From the NCBI GenBank assembly GCA_036399775.1, contig DASWMJ010000053.1, positions 94,069-158,068 on the forward strand: a stretch of DNA of 64,000 nucleotides. Reading direction: 5' to 3'. A program made the translations under genes and the position numbers. The notes beneath the pieces were generated by a model, which had not been told where the DNA came from, searched no databases, and worked only from the letters and a program-made list of their open reading frames with translations. Shown here piece after piece: positions 55,501 through 63,051 of this stretch (within the stretch, counting starts at the first letter, position 1; every line of letters begins with the position of its first letter). This stretch comes from Chloroflexia bacterium. GTDB taxonomy: Bacteria > Chloroflexota > Chloroflexia > QHBQ01 > JADMIH01.

Positions 55501-56116
55501 GTTCACCGATGTGCCTACTTCAAACAGCTTCTACGCACAGATAAGCTGCCTCACCTGCCGCAACATCATGGGTGGCTACTCCGACAACACCTTCCGGCCC
55601 AACAATAACATCACCAGAGGCCAACTATCCAAGATCGTGGCTAACTCCGCAGGCTTCATCGAGCCTGTTAGCGGCCAGACCTTCACGGACGTGGCACCCG
55701 GCAGCACCTTCTACCAGTACATAGAGAGGATGGCGAACAGGGGCATCATCGGTGGCTACCCGTGCGGCGGAACGGGCGAGCCATGTGTAGGTGGGAACAG
55801 GCCATACTTCAGGCCCAATGCCAACGCCACACGCGGCCAAATCTCCAAGATAGTCTCCGAGGCGAAAGGCTTCAACGACATACCGGAGGGGCACACCTTC
55901 GAGGACGTACCGGCCACGAGTACATTCTACCCCTGGATAGAGCGACTCGCCTCCAGGAGCATAATGGGCGGCTATGCCTGTGGTGGCCCAGGCGAACCAT
56001 GCAGCGCGGCCAACCGTCCCTATTTTCGCCCAGGCAACAACGCCACCAGGGGGCAAACGTCGAAGCTAGTGGCCAACACTTTCTTTCCTGATTGCCAGGC
56101 ACTTAGTCGCCGGTAA
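52589..56116 (+). CDS. secreted surface protein: two HWDG/D(V/I)WAVG beta-propeller-like arrays, Thr/Pro/Ser linkers, three SLH domains
   Basis: 1175 aa, TTG start after GGAGGGA, and a signal anchor. The repeat type matches 3858-6242. The SLH cassette spans 55502-56116. GC is lower than in its paralogues. Confidence 0.8.
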   Translation: MIYTNRRQPTGIVTLLCALILSAGLTILAICFVTSSSAVSDGTQSSKNPAQVSPTQPTGCEFGWNTVNSPNASTTNALNDVAAISVDDVWAVGEYVYTPTLRRALLEHWDGTQWNVVVAPAFDFVESELYAVTALREDDVWVAGTYSPSSGSEHPLFGHWDGAEWAVVPGPDMDGRIMSIDALGSDDIWAVGWRPFGGQQTRTLVEHWDGVAWSVIASPNTTSRKNDLWAVAAVAEDDVWAVGNTDDSIQGSHALIAHWDGVEWSIVPSPVAGPESSRLFDVTALAADDVWAVGYYTLQNNTVHRTLVEHWDGVLWSVIPSPDPDANLRELNAVAAISADDIWAVGIAYQGRLTALIEHWDGTEWQIVGYPGPGTVQTTLEAIAFTSEQDVWAVGLRAGDAYIPPTPYLPPTPSNHTPLDQTFTMRFGHCDPLSPTPATTSTALVPTSSETATPLATWTRIPTGTRTSSPTRTQSASATSTLTPRPTAPPPSATPTVPPGCVLDWTIVDTLHPGMASGRFYSVSAFSANDVWAVGSYSQPSAPDVTRTMVQHWNGSEWSIVPSPNPSAQSNTLQGVDAIAPDNVWAVGYYDVSSQLNPLLMHWDGSAWTTIPNPVSVCLCTLDDVEIVSPNDVWAVGMEQRNGVAYPLIIHWDGTVSTTVLSPFAGSGRLRAIHAVSSNDLWAVGVSYPASLQRSSLTIHWDGIEWTVVPSPSPANGVSELLDIAAISASDIWAVGYVSSSGTQSPRGLTLHWDGISWEEVANPFPVSASAEYLLGVSALSANDVWVVGAADNYSSPPNSITTAMHWDGTSWSREFIPLPAASNSVFFAVAVVSWDDVWAVGYTHDVGSPSKSLTEHYTYTCSTPSPTETGTPVPATSTTTPTEVPVSTSTTTTTATTPSSTATKTPTRSSTITVTPTWTSTLTAQVTPSHTGTPTAISAWTVTSTPGMATATTTSTSIASTPTLTPCSVEFTDVPTSNSFYAQISCLTCRNIMGGYSDNTFRPNNNITRGQLSKIVANSAGFIEPVSGQTFTDVAPGSTFYQYIERMANRGIIGGYPCGGTGEPCVGGNRPYFRPNANATRGQISKIVSEAKGFNDIPEGHTFEDVPATSTFYPWIERLASRSIMGGYACGGPGEPCSAANRPYFRPGNNATRGQTSKLVANTFFPDCQALSRR

Positions 56117-56133
56117 GGAACTAGTGATCGCCG

Positions 56134-56170
56134 AAAACCCGCCCCCTTACTAGAGCAAGGGGCGGGTTTT
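56134..56170. terminator. bidirectional intrinsic terminator
   Basis: aaaacccgcccctt-N8-aaggggcgggtttt, with A/T runs on both sides. It lies between the SLH gene and tRNA-Ala. Confidence 0.75.
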
Positions 56171-56180
56171 GCGTATATAG

Positions 56181-56253
<73 letters not shown>

Positions 56254-56322
56254 ATGTACAGTCCCTATGATACCACAAAACGCGTGTGATGGCAAATTTC
56301 GCACGCTGGTAGGTTTTGTTCT

Positions 56323-56454
56323 AACCGCAAAGACGCAAAGAATCGCTAAGTCCGCAAAGTTTCTAAAATGCATCTGTCAAGCTTGTACCCAGGCTGCTAC
56401 ATGCAAACAATCGCGTTCTTTGCGAACTTTGCGTTTCTTTGCGTCTTTGCGGTT
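56323..56454. repeat. inverted pair of C-box units (long hairpin, 58-nt loop)
   Basis: 56323-56359 is aaccgcaaagacgcaaagaatcgctaagtccgcaaag. 56418-56454 is ctttgcgaactttgcgtttctttgcgtctttgcggtt, which differs from 34070-34106 at 1 of 37 nt. Confidence 0.85.
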
Positions 56455-56470
56455 AGGGTAGCTATCGAAG

Positions 56471-57415
56471 TTAAGGGTGTGTGCTGTAGACTGCCTGGAA
56501 GGGTATGACCTGGGTGAAGGTGAGGCCGTCAACCTGGAAGGCATAGCAGCCGGGACCACGGAGACGGGCGTAGGTGGGCCAGTCCTGCCAGCCTGGGGCG
56601 CTGTTTGTGCCCTGGGAGGGGTCGAGTTGTAACTCGGAGGATGGGTTGGGGCCGGAGCCGAAGCGCAACTCGCCGGGGCTGTCTATGCGGCCTCCACGCA
56701 CGAGTACGGGACCGTTGTAGCGGCTGAGGTCGCTTATCCACAGGACTTTGACGTATATCCACCCGCCTTCCTCAAGATTGCCTCCTATCGCCGTTGTGCC
56801 CCCACTGCCTAAGCCCACCGGATAAACCGGCCCATTGCCCAACGCAGCGCCGAACGCGGGTGCGACTACTTTCCCCGTTCCTGCCGGGCATATGCCAGAT
56901 GGCCCGACGATGGGAAGGTGCAAAGGTCGCTGCCGTAGCGTGGCATAGGGGTCGCCGATGGGTGTGGGGAGCGCACTGCCAGGCTCGCCCTGTGGATACT
57001 TCTTCTTGAACTGGAAAGTGCCTAGCTGCGAGAGCAGCACGTCATACGGGGGCCGGTTCTCAGGGTGCAACTCGAAGACTGCGCGCTCGAAGTATTGGAC
57101 CATATACGTCTGACCGTCTAGCTGGCTCTTCTCCATGAACTCGCCGGAGATGGGGTAGCCTTGCTGCGCAAGACCGCCATGATCTTGCCAGTAGGCGAGG
57201 AACTTGCCGCACACCCTCTTGCCCGTCTCTGGAAAGTCCCGGCAGTTCGCTTGCCTCGATGGCGTGCCATAACGTGCCGCCATATCCGTGATGCCGAGCA
57301 TGCCTAGAGCAAGCGCCGCCCCAACGATGATAGCTATACAGGTTGCGAGTGATCGTGCGAGCACGGCGCTCCTTCCGAGTAAATATGACGCTACGGGCCA
57401 ACACAGCACATGCAA
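56471..57415 (-). CDS. secreted hypothetical protein with one LGFP-like (YFERAVFE) module
   Basis: Signal anchor present. FPETGKRVCGKFLAYWQDHGGLAQQGYPISGEF...VQYFERAVFELHP is homologous to the two modules in 36542-38200. Confidence 0.6.
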   Translation of the reverse strand: MHVLCWPVASYLLGRSAVLARSLATCIAIIVGAALALGMLGITDMAARYGTPSRQANCRDFPETGKRVCGKFLAYWQDHGGLAQQGYPISGEFMEKSQLDGQTYMVQYFERAVFELHPENRPPYDVLLSQLGTFQFKKKYPQGEPGSALPTPIGDPYATLRQRPLHLPIVGPSGICPAGTGKVVAPAFGAALGNGPVYPVGLGSGGTTAIGGNLEEGGWIYVKVLWISDLSRYNGPVLVRGGRIDSPGELRFGSGPNPSSELQLDPSQGTNSAPGWQDWPTYARLRGPGCYAFQVDGLTFTQVIPFQAVYSTHP

Positions 57416-57428
57416 CTAGCATCCGCTT

Positions 57429-57465
57429 CTGATCTCTGGTCCCTGATCCCTAATCCCTGACCCCT
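57429..57465. repeat. CAGGGAY-family heptad tract (reverse orientation)
   Basis: ctgatct ctggtcc ctgatcc ctaatcc ctgaccc ct. Confidence 0.8.
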
Positions 57466-57470
57466 ATTGC

Positions 57471-57499
57471 TTGACGTGCCAGCAAGTATGTGTTACAAA
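57471..57499 (+). promoter_or_regulatory. candidate promoter TTGACG-N17-TACAAA
   Basis: -35 at 57471-57476 and -10 at 57494-57499. It lies 60 nt upstream of ATG 57560. Confidence 0.35.
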
Positions 57500-57559
57500 T
57501 TTCCGGTGTCTTGAGGCGTTACTCCATTATAAATCTTTTGGAAGAGAGTTAGACAAGCG

Positions 57560-58474
57560 ATGTCACAATCGAACAAACGTAAGCCAGCATCAGGGAGCGG
57601 GCAGGCAGGCCCCAAACAGGGTGCCTCGAACCGTTCCGCTTCTAGCAAGGGGTCACCCCAGGGACGGCCCGCCGCCAGAGGCGGGAGCACTCGGCCACCT
57701 GTGAAGAGCGCGCCCGTACAGAATTCGTCGTTCAGAGGTTCGGTGAACCGCGCTCTGCCGCCGTTCAGCATGCAGCGCTATGTGGCGATATGGGCTGTAG
57801 CCACGTTGGTGCTGGTGGCGGTGCTGCTGGTGCTGATCTGGCCGTTTCGCAATAATAGCGGAGGGCTGGTTTCGGGCGCGCAGCCTACGACGGCGGCTAA
57901 TGCTTCCCAGGTGGATGCGGTGGGTGGTTCACCGGTGAGCAATGTCCAGACGGCGCAGCCCACGCAGCTGCCTGTAGCAGGAGAGGCTACGGGCACCGCT
58001 CCAGGTGGTGGTAGTCCGGCAGGCGAGAATGCCGCGGGGGCGGGCAAGTTCTTCGTGATTGACACCGACAAGGGGCGCATCGTCGCCAAGCTACATACGG
58101 ACGCCTCGGCCAATGTGGCGCGGACCATAGCCAACTTCGAGCAGAAGGCGAACTCCGGCTACTTCGACGGCCTGGTCTTCCACCGTGTAGAGGACTGGGT
58201 TGTCCAGGGTGGCGATCCGACCGGCACCGGAAGCGGAGGCAACCAGATACCCTCGGAGTACAACCGACTGCCGTTCGTCACGGGCGCGCTTGGGGTGGCT
58301 CGCACGGGGGACCCGACGCAGATGAACGACAGCCAGTTCTTCATCGTGAAGCGCGAATCGTCCCATCTGAATGGCCAGTACACCAACTGGGGACAAGTAG
58401 TTGAGGGGTTGGACGTGGTCAACGCGCTGGCGAAAGGCGATAGGATGACGAAGGTGCGAGTGGAGAACAGGTGA
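57560..58474 (+). CDS. membrane-anchored cyclophilin-type peptidyl-prolyl cis-trans isomerase
   Basis: A basic N-terminal tail and TM helix (VAIWAVATLVLVAVLLVLIW) are followed by FHRVEDWVVQGGDPTGTGSGG...SQFFIV. Confidence 0.85.
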   Translation: MSQSNKRKPASGSGQAGPKQGASNRSASSKGSPQGRPAARGGSTRPPVKSAPVQNSSFRGSVNRALPPFSMQRYVAIWAVATLVLVAVLLVLIWPFRNNSGGLVSGAQPTTAANASQVDAVGGSPVSNVQTAQPTQLPVAGEATGTAPGGGSPAGENAAGAGKFFVIDTDKGRIVAKLHTDASANVARTIANFEQKANSGYFDGLVFHRVEDWVVQGGDPTGTGSGGNQIPSEYNRLPFVTGALGVARTGDPTQMNDSQFFIVKRESSHLNGQYTNWGQVVEGLDVVNALAKGDRMTKVRVENR

Positions 58475-58475
58475 C

Positions 58476-58515
58476 GGGATTTCGAATTTCGGATATCGAA
58501 TTTCGAATTTTGGGG
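58476..58515. repeat. GGATTTC/GAATTTC heptad tract (half element)
   Basis: gggatttc gaatttc ggatatc gaatttc gaatttt gggg. It starts 2 nt after the stop codon. Confidence 0.8.
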
Positions 58516-58534
58516 TTATGAGAGGAGATACAGG

Positions 58535-58975
58535 ATGAAAGTAATGGTGATCGAGACTTCTAAGGGGACGATTGTGTGCAGCCTGGCAACGGATGCATCG
58601 GCGGGTGTGAGCAAGACTATCGCCAATTTCGAGCAGAAGGCGAATTCGGGGTTCTTTGACGGGTTGAAGTTCCACCGCGTGGAGCACTGGGTCATACAGG
58701 GCGGCGACCCAACGGGCACAGGGTCGGGTGGGAATAAGATACCTTCGGAGTACAATAATTTGCCCTTCAACCCAGGAGCGCTGGGCGTTGCCAGGGGACC
58801 GGACAGGCGACTGAACAGCGATTGCCAGTTCTTCATCGTGAAGACGGACGCCAACTTCCTCAACGGCGATTACACGAACTTCGGCCAGGTGATCGAGGGG
58901 ATGGATGTGGTGAAGAAAATAGCGATTGGCGACAAGATGGATAAGGTAACTATCGAGGAGCGCGAGGAGCAGTAG
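58535..58975 (+). CDS. cytoplasmic cyclophilin-type peptidyl-prolyl cis-trans isomerase
   Basis: FHRVEHWVIQGGDPTGTGSGG...CQFFIV. It is a paralogue of the upstream gene. Confidence 0.85.
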   Translation: MKVMVIETSKGTIVCSLATDASAGVSKTIANFEQKANSGFFDGLKFHRVEHWVIQGGDPTGTGSGGNKIPSEYNNLPFNPGALGVARGPDRRLNSDCQFFIVKTDANFLNGDYTNFGQVIEGMDVVKKIAIGDKMDKVTIEEREEQ

Positions 58976-58976
58976 G

Positions 58977-59336
58977 GTGCTCAGGTCGGGTGCGGACGGA
59001 CAGCGCGCGCAGACGCTGCGCGCTTTTGCGAGATTTGCCGATCTGGCTTCGTGGCTTTTGTGGGTGGTCGCAGGTTTGGCGGCCACCCTATTTTGTTTGC
59101 GCTTCGGTATGCGTGCGCTGGGCGTGCGGCCCGATATTCCCTTGCCCGGGCTGCTTTATGCGCTGACTGCCCCTTTTGTTCAGCCGTTCTACAGGCTCTT
59201 CCCCATCACAGACAGGTATGACAGGTACGATCTCCCGGTTGTGGAGGTGGCTTCTCTCGCTGCCTCCGGGAGCGTTTTGGGAGTGGCATTATTGGTATAT
59301 GTGGTTGGACTGATGCTGTTTGCTAAAGCACGCTAA
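58977..59336 (+). CDS. YggT-like small membrane protein
   Basis: LLYALTAPFVQPFYRLFP...YDLPVVEVASL resembles the YggT L..LTEP.L.P.R..P pattern. The assignment is tentative. Confidence 0.45.
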   Translation: MLRSGADGQRAQTLRAFARFADLASWLLWVVAGLAATLFCLRFGMRALGVRPDIPLPGLLYALTAPFVQPFYRLFPITDRYDRYDLPVVEVASLAASGSVLGVALLVYVVGLMLFAKAR

Positions 59337-59487
59337 GTGATGCATCCAGCACGCGAATTGTGTTTACATTAGGCCGGCTCCGTACCCTTATTATCCTGAG
59401 CGATGCCAGCTTGTTTAAGTAATAGCTTAATTAGCCAAAAACAAACATATGATTCTGGCCACACCATTTAGCTAGAAAGCACATATA

Positions 59488-60240
59488 TTATCGTTTTTGT
59501 GTTGCTGTTGGCTTCATATTGGTACTTGAGCGGTGAAAGAGGGCAACCAGAGTGGCACCGGTTACTGTGCTTGACAGGATGAAAACGCCGGGACCGCCCA
59601 CGAGCATATTCAGCAGGAGCCAGACGGCGGTATTATCCTTCGCGGATACTATAACTATGCCTACCCAGAGGCCAGCCAGCATGCCAACCGCGCCGCCCGC
59701 CATGTTGGCCGCTACCCACCAGGCAGCATTTTGCACGTAACGGCGGAGCGCCAGCCATTGGATCGCTCCCAGCATGACGCCCGCCACGGCCCCTGTGCCA
59801 CAGGCTGCGGCAAGGGCCTCCGGGAACGAGTTTGCCAGTCCAAGCGTGGCGACTATAGTGCCTGATTGCAGTGCAACTTGCCGCCAGCCGGTTACGACAC
59901 CGGCGGCTGCGGCCATGACTGGCCCTACGAAGCCCACGAGCATCAGAGGCACTGCCAGGCCGAAGCCGGTTGCTGCCACCCACACTCTCCTGGGCAGGGT
60001 TGGAAGCTGGTCGTGTAACACCTGCCATTGCGCGAGGCCCAGCACCGCACCTATCCCGACTGCTACCAGCAGATACAGTATAGATTGCCCAACTGCGGAG
60101 TCGCCGCCGAGCGGGGCAAGTAGCATAATGCCCGCGAGGTAGACTACAGTACCGCCCAAAAGGTTAGCCAACACCCACCGCAGCCATAGGAGTAACCCGG
60201 CTTTGTTGCTTGAGGTACGTGTTTGGTCAGGTTGGATCAT
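59488..60240 (-). CDS. polytopic membrane protein, unknown function
   Basis: 250-aa ORF with about 7 hydrophobic helices. I recognise no motif. Confidence 0.55.
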   Translation of the reverse strand: MIQPDQTRTSSNKAGLLLWLRWVLANLLGGTVVYLAGIMLLAPLGGDSAVGQSILYLLVAVGIGAVLGLAQWQVLHDQLPTLPRRVWVAATGFGLAVPLMLVGFVGPVMAAAAGVVTGWRQVALQSGTIVATLGLANSFPEALAAACGTGAVAGVMLGAIQWLALRRYVQNAAWWVAANMAGGAVGMLAGLWVGIVIVSAKDNTAVWLLLNMLVGGPGVFILSSTVTGATLVALFHRSSTNMKPTATQKR

Positions 60241-60253
60241 GAGTTGGTTTTGT

Positions 60254-60391
60254 GACGCGTGAAACGTGAAACGTAAAACCCCAGAATGACTTCCGCGTCT
60301 CGGGACCTATGCGGTTCATTCCTATTATCTTAGCGCTCCTAGTGTTCTTCGTGTCTTTGTGGTGTATCACGTTTTACTTTTCACGTTTCAC
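60254..60391. repeat. composite palindromic element, copy 3
   Basis: Left arm is gcgtgaaacgtgaaacgtaaaacccc. B-box is cttccgcgtctcgggacctatgcggtt. C-box is cttagcgctcctagtgttcttcgtgtctttgtggt. Right arm is gtatcacgttttacttttcacgtttcac, which overlaps the stop and last 5 codons of 60374-60910. Confidence 0.85.
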
Positions 60392-60910
60392 TTGCCCGTA
60401 CCTGTTGCCGATGATGACGTACTTGAATGGCCTCCCCATTAGCACCATTACCGCGCCTACTATGCCATAGATGATAGTGCCTACGAACCATATGAGGAAA
60501 ATTATCAGTCCCAGGAAGAATACCCACCCTGCTCCCCAGTCGTTTTGCCCCTGAACGCCGCTGAAGACGGAGAATCCGCCCGCCACCGCCAGAATTATCA
60601 CGAACACGATGTTTATCACCAACACCGAGCACTGGTAGCACCCCGCCTGCTCGGAGTGGAAGCGCACTTCGGGCGAGCGCTTGCTGTAGAGCCAGATTAT
60701 CCCCGAAATAAGTAGCGACACCACGAAGCCGATGCCGAAGAACCCGAAGGCGATAGCGCCATGCGCCAGCACCGCCAGCGTGCGTTCCGCGCCCTTGTCC
60801 GCCACCTGTATGATGGGTGATAGCTCCTGGGGTTGGTGTGGGGGTTGTGGCTGCTGTGGGTAGTTTGGATGCATTGGGTCGGAGCTTTCTGTGGAAAAGA
60901 GGGTTGACAA
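60374..60910 (-). CDS. DUF4870-like membrane protein
   Basis: LAVLAHGAIAFGFFGIGFVVSLLISGIIWLYSKRSPEVRFHSEQA fits the DUF4870 pattern. The start is uncertain: TTG 60910 or ATG 60874. Confidence 0.55.
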   Translation of the reverse strand: MSTLFSTESSDPMHPNYPQQPQPPHQPQELSPIIQVADKGAERTLAVLAHGAIAFGFFGIGFVVSLLISGIIWLYSKRSPEVRFHSEQAGCYQCSVLVINIVFVIILAVAGGFSVFSGVQGQNDWGAGWVFFLGLIIFLIWFVGTIIYGIVGAVMVLMGRPFKYVIIGNRYGQVKREK

Positions 60911-61146
60911 CTCTTTTTCAATAGTTTACTATAAGCACAACAAACAGATAAGCAATCGGCGATATTGCATCGAACATTCCCTCGATGTAGCCGCGCTTCG
61001 GAAACGTGTAACCGCAGGGTAGGCACGACTAAGTTGCGCCGGAAGCTCCCGTTATAGAGCTAGAGTGTGTCAGCAAAGAAGCAGGAGCACTCGAAGAGGC
61101 CGCACCGGCAACGGGGTGGCGAAATGGGGTGGCACCACGGGCTTTG

Positions 61147-61179
61147 GCTCGTCCTCGCGATTGAGGACGGGCGTTTTTT
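61147..61179 (+). terminator. orphan intrinsic terminator in the serA upstream region
   Basis: gctcgtcctc-gcgatt-gaggacgggc (1 mismatch) followed by gtttttta. No + strand gene lies upstream of it. Confidence 0.65.
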
Positions 61180-61184
61180 ATTGC

Positions 61185-61255
61185 GAATTTCGGATTTCGA
61201 ATTGCGAAAACACTCGTTTATACAAGGAAAATTCGCAATTCGAAATCCGAAATTC
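61185..61255. repeat. perfect 24-bp inverted repeat of the GGATTTC/GAATTTC family in the serA 5' leader
   Basis: 61185-61208 is gaatttcggatttcgaattgcgaa and 61232-61255 is its exact reverse complement. The loop is 23 nt, and the element ends 20 nt before ATG 61276. Confidence 0.9.
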
Positions 61256-61275
61256 CAAATCCGTAGGGGGTCACC

Positions 61276-63051
61276 ATGAGGATACTTGTTACCGAGCCGT
61301 TGCATAATTCGGGGATTGGGCTGCTGGAGCGCGAGTTTAGCGTTGAGGTGCGGCTGGGGATGTCTCCCGCGTTGCTTATGCGGGAAGTCAGGCAGTACGA
61401 CGCGCTCATCACTCGCTCCGGCACGCCCGTAACCTCCGACTTACTGAAGGCCGGTAAGGAGAGGCTGAAGGTAGTGGGCCGCGCCGGTATAGGCGTGGAC
61501 AACATAGACATAAACTCGGCCACTGCGCACGGCATAGCGGTAGTGAACGCGCCCAACGGCAACGTTCGGGCCGCAGCCGAGCACACCATCGCCCTTCTCT
61601 TCGCTATCTCCCGCAATATCCCCCAGGCGCACCACCTCTTGCGCGACGGCGTTTGGGGTAAGAATCACTTCATGGGCTGCGAGCTGGCGGGTAAGACGCT
61701 GGGCATTATCGGCCTGGGCAAGGTCGGCAAGCAGGTCGCCCGGCGCGCTATGGGCCTCGATCTGGACGTGATCGCTTACGACCCATTCGTGGAGCAAGGC
61801 CCCGACATACCGCTTCTCCCCCTGGATGACCTCTTGCGCCAGGCAGATTTCGTCACCCTGCACGTACCCCTCACTCCCATCACCGCCAACATGATAGGCG
61901 CGCGCGAGCTTGATCTGATGAAAGAGAGCGCGTATATCATCAACTGCGCTCGCGGCCTGGTGGTGGACGAAGTGGCCTTGCACGAGGCTTGCAAGCATGG
62001 GCGCATCGCGGGCGCGGCGCTGGACGTTTTTGCCAGCGAGCCTTTGAACGGCAGCGGCCTGCTGGAGTTGAACAACGTGATCGTCACCCCACACCTGGGC
62101 GGGACCACGCACGAGGCGATGCAGGCGTCTGCCCTGGAAGTGGCCGAGCAGGTGCGCGCCGTGCTGGTGGGCGAGTACCCAGCGTATATCATCAACCCCG
62201 AAGTGCTGGCCGCGCCCGTAGCGAACAAGCCATGCACCCTCAACAGGTGGGAGCAGTTCCGGCGCGTGGTCTTCGACTGCGACAGCACCCTTTCGGAGAT
62301 AGAAGGCGTGAACGAACTCGCGGCGATGAACGGCGTGCCCTACGAAGTGGCCGTGATGACCCGGCAGGCGATGGGGGGTGAAGTGCCGTTCGAGGAAGTA
62401 TTCGCCCGACGACTTGACATAATCAAACCACAAAGGGAGCAGTTGGCGGCGGTCGGCAAGTTATACACCTCGACGCTGGTGGAAGATGCACAGGCGGTAG
62501 CGGCTGCTTTGACCTACCTGGGCGTAGAAGTGAGGCTGGTTTCGGGCGGCTACAGGGACGCGCTTGTGCCCCTCGCCCGCAAACTGGGCGTGCCCACAGG
62601 CAACCTGCACGCGAACGATCTCAACTTCAACTCGGAAGGCGATTATCAAGGCTACGATGCGGGCAATCCCCTGTGCAGATCGGGGGGCAAGAGCGAAGTA
62701 TTGCGGCAGCTAAATGGGGAGGGCGCAACGCTATTCATAGGCGACGGCGCATCGGATGCCGAGGTAAGCCCGCACGTAGAGCTTTTCGTGGGCTATGGTG
62801 GCGTCGAGAAGCGCGGGCAGGTGCATGAGGTCGCGCCCGTATACCTGCATGGGGAGAGCCTCGCGCCCCTCCTGGTGATGGCTGCCGGTATGGAGGGCTG
62901 CCGCAAGCTGCTCGCCCAGCCTCAGTTCCGCCCACTGGTCGTAAAGGGCCTTTCCATGTTGATGCAGGAGGGCGCAGCCGATTACCACCCTGACTTCCGC
63001 CCATTCTTCACGCGGCTGAGGAAGTTCTGCCTGGAGGGAATATGCAACTGA
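61276..63051 (+). CDS. serA: fusion protein: D-3-phosphoglycerate dehydrogenase (2-hydroxyacid dehydrogenase) + HAD phosphoserine phosphatase
   Basis: The N-terminal ~315 aa have the NAD motif GIIGLGKVGKQVARRA and a catalytic-type ...TPHLGGTT segment. The C-terminal HAD part has motif I FDCDST, motif II VSGG, a Lys (GGKSE) and motif IV GDGASD. No ACT domain is seen. Confidence 0.8.
   Translation: MRILVTEPLHNSGIGLLEREFSVEVRLGMSPALLMREVRQYDALITRSGTPVTSDLLKAGKERLKVVGRAGIGVDNIDINSATAHGIAVVNAPNGNVRAAAEHTIALLFAISRNIPQAHHLLRDGVWGKNHFMGCELAGKTLGIIGLGKVGKQVARRAMGLDLDVIAYDPFVEQGPDIPLLPLDDLLRQADFVTLHVPLTPITANMIGARELDLMKESAYIINCARGLVVDEVALHEACKHGRIAGAALDVFASEPLNGSGLLELNNVIVTPHLGGTTHEAMQASALEVAEQVRAVLVGEYPAYIINPEVLAAPVANKPCTLNRWEQFRRVVFDCDSTLSEIEGVNELAAMNGVPYEVAVMTRQAMGGEVPFEEVFARRLDIIKPQREQLAAVGKLYTSTLVEDAQAVAAALTYLGVEVRLVSGGYRDALVPLARKLGVPTGNLHANDLNFNSEGDYQGYDAGNPLCRSGGKSEVLRQLNGEGATLFIGDGASDAEVSPHVELFVGYGGVEKRGQVHEVAPVYLHGESLAPLLVMAAGMEGCRKLLAQPQFRPLVVKGLSMLMQEGAADYHPDFRPFFTRLRKFCLEGICN

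Noticed and set aside
61067-61279. 70-aa ORF in the serA leader, considered as a leader peptide for attenuation.
   Set aside because: It has no run of Ser or Gly regulatory codons. The ORF reads through the terminator and the heptad hairpin, so it looks fortuitous.
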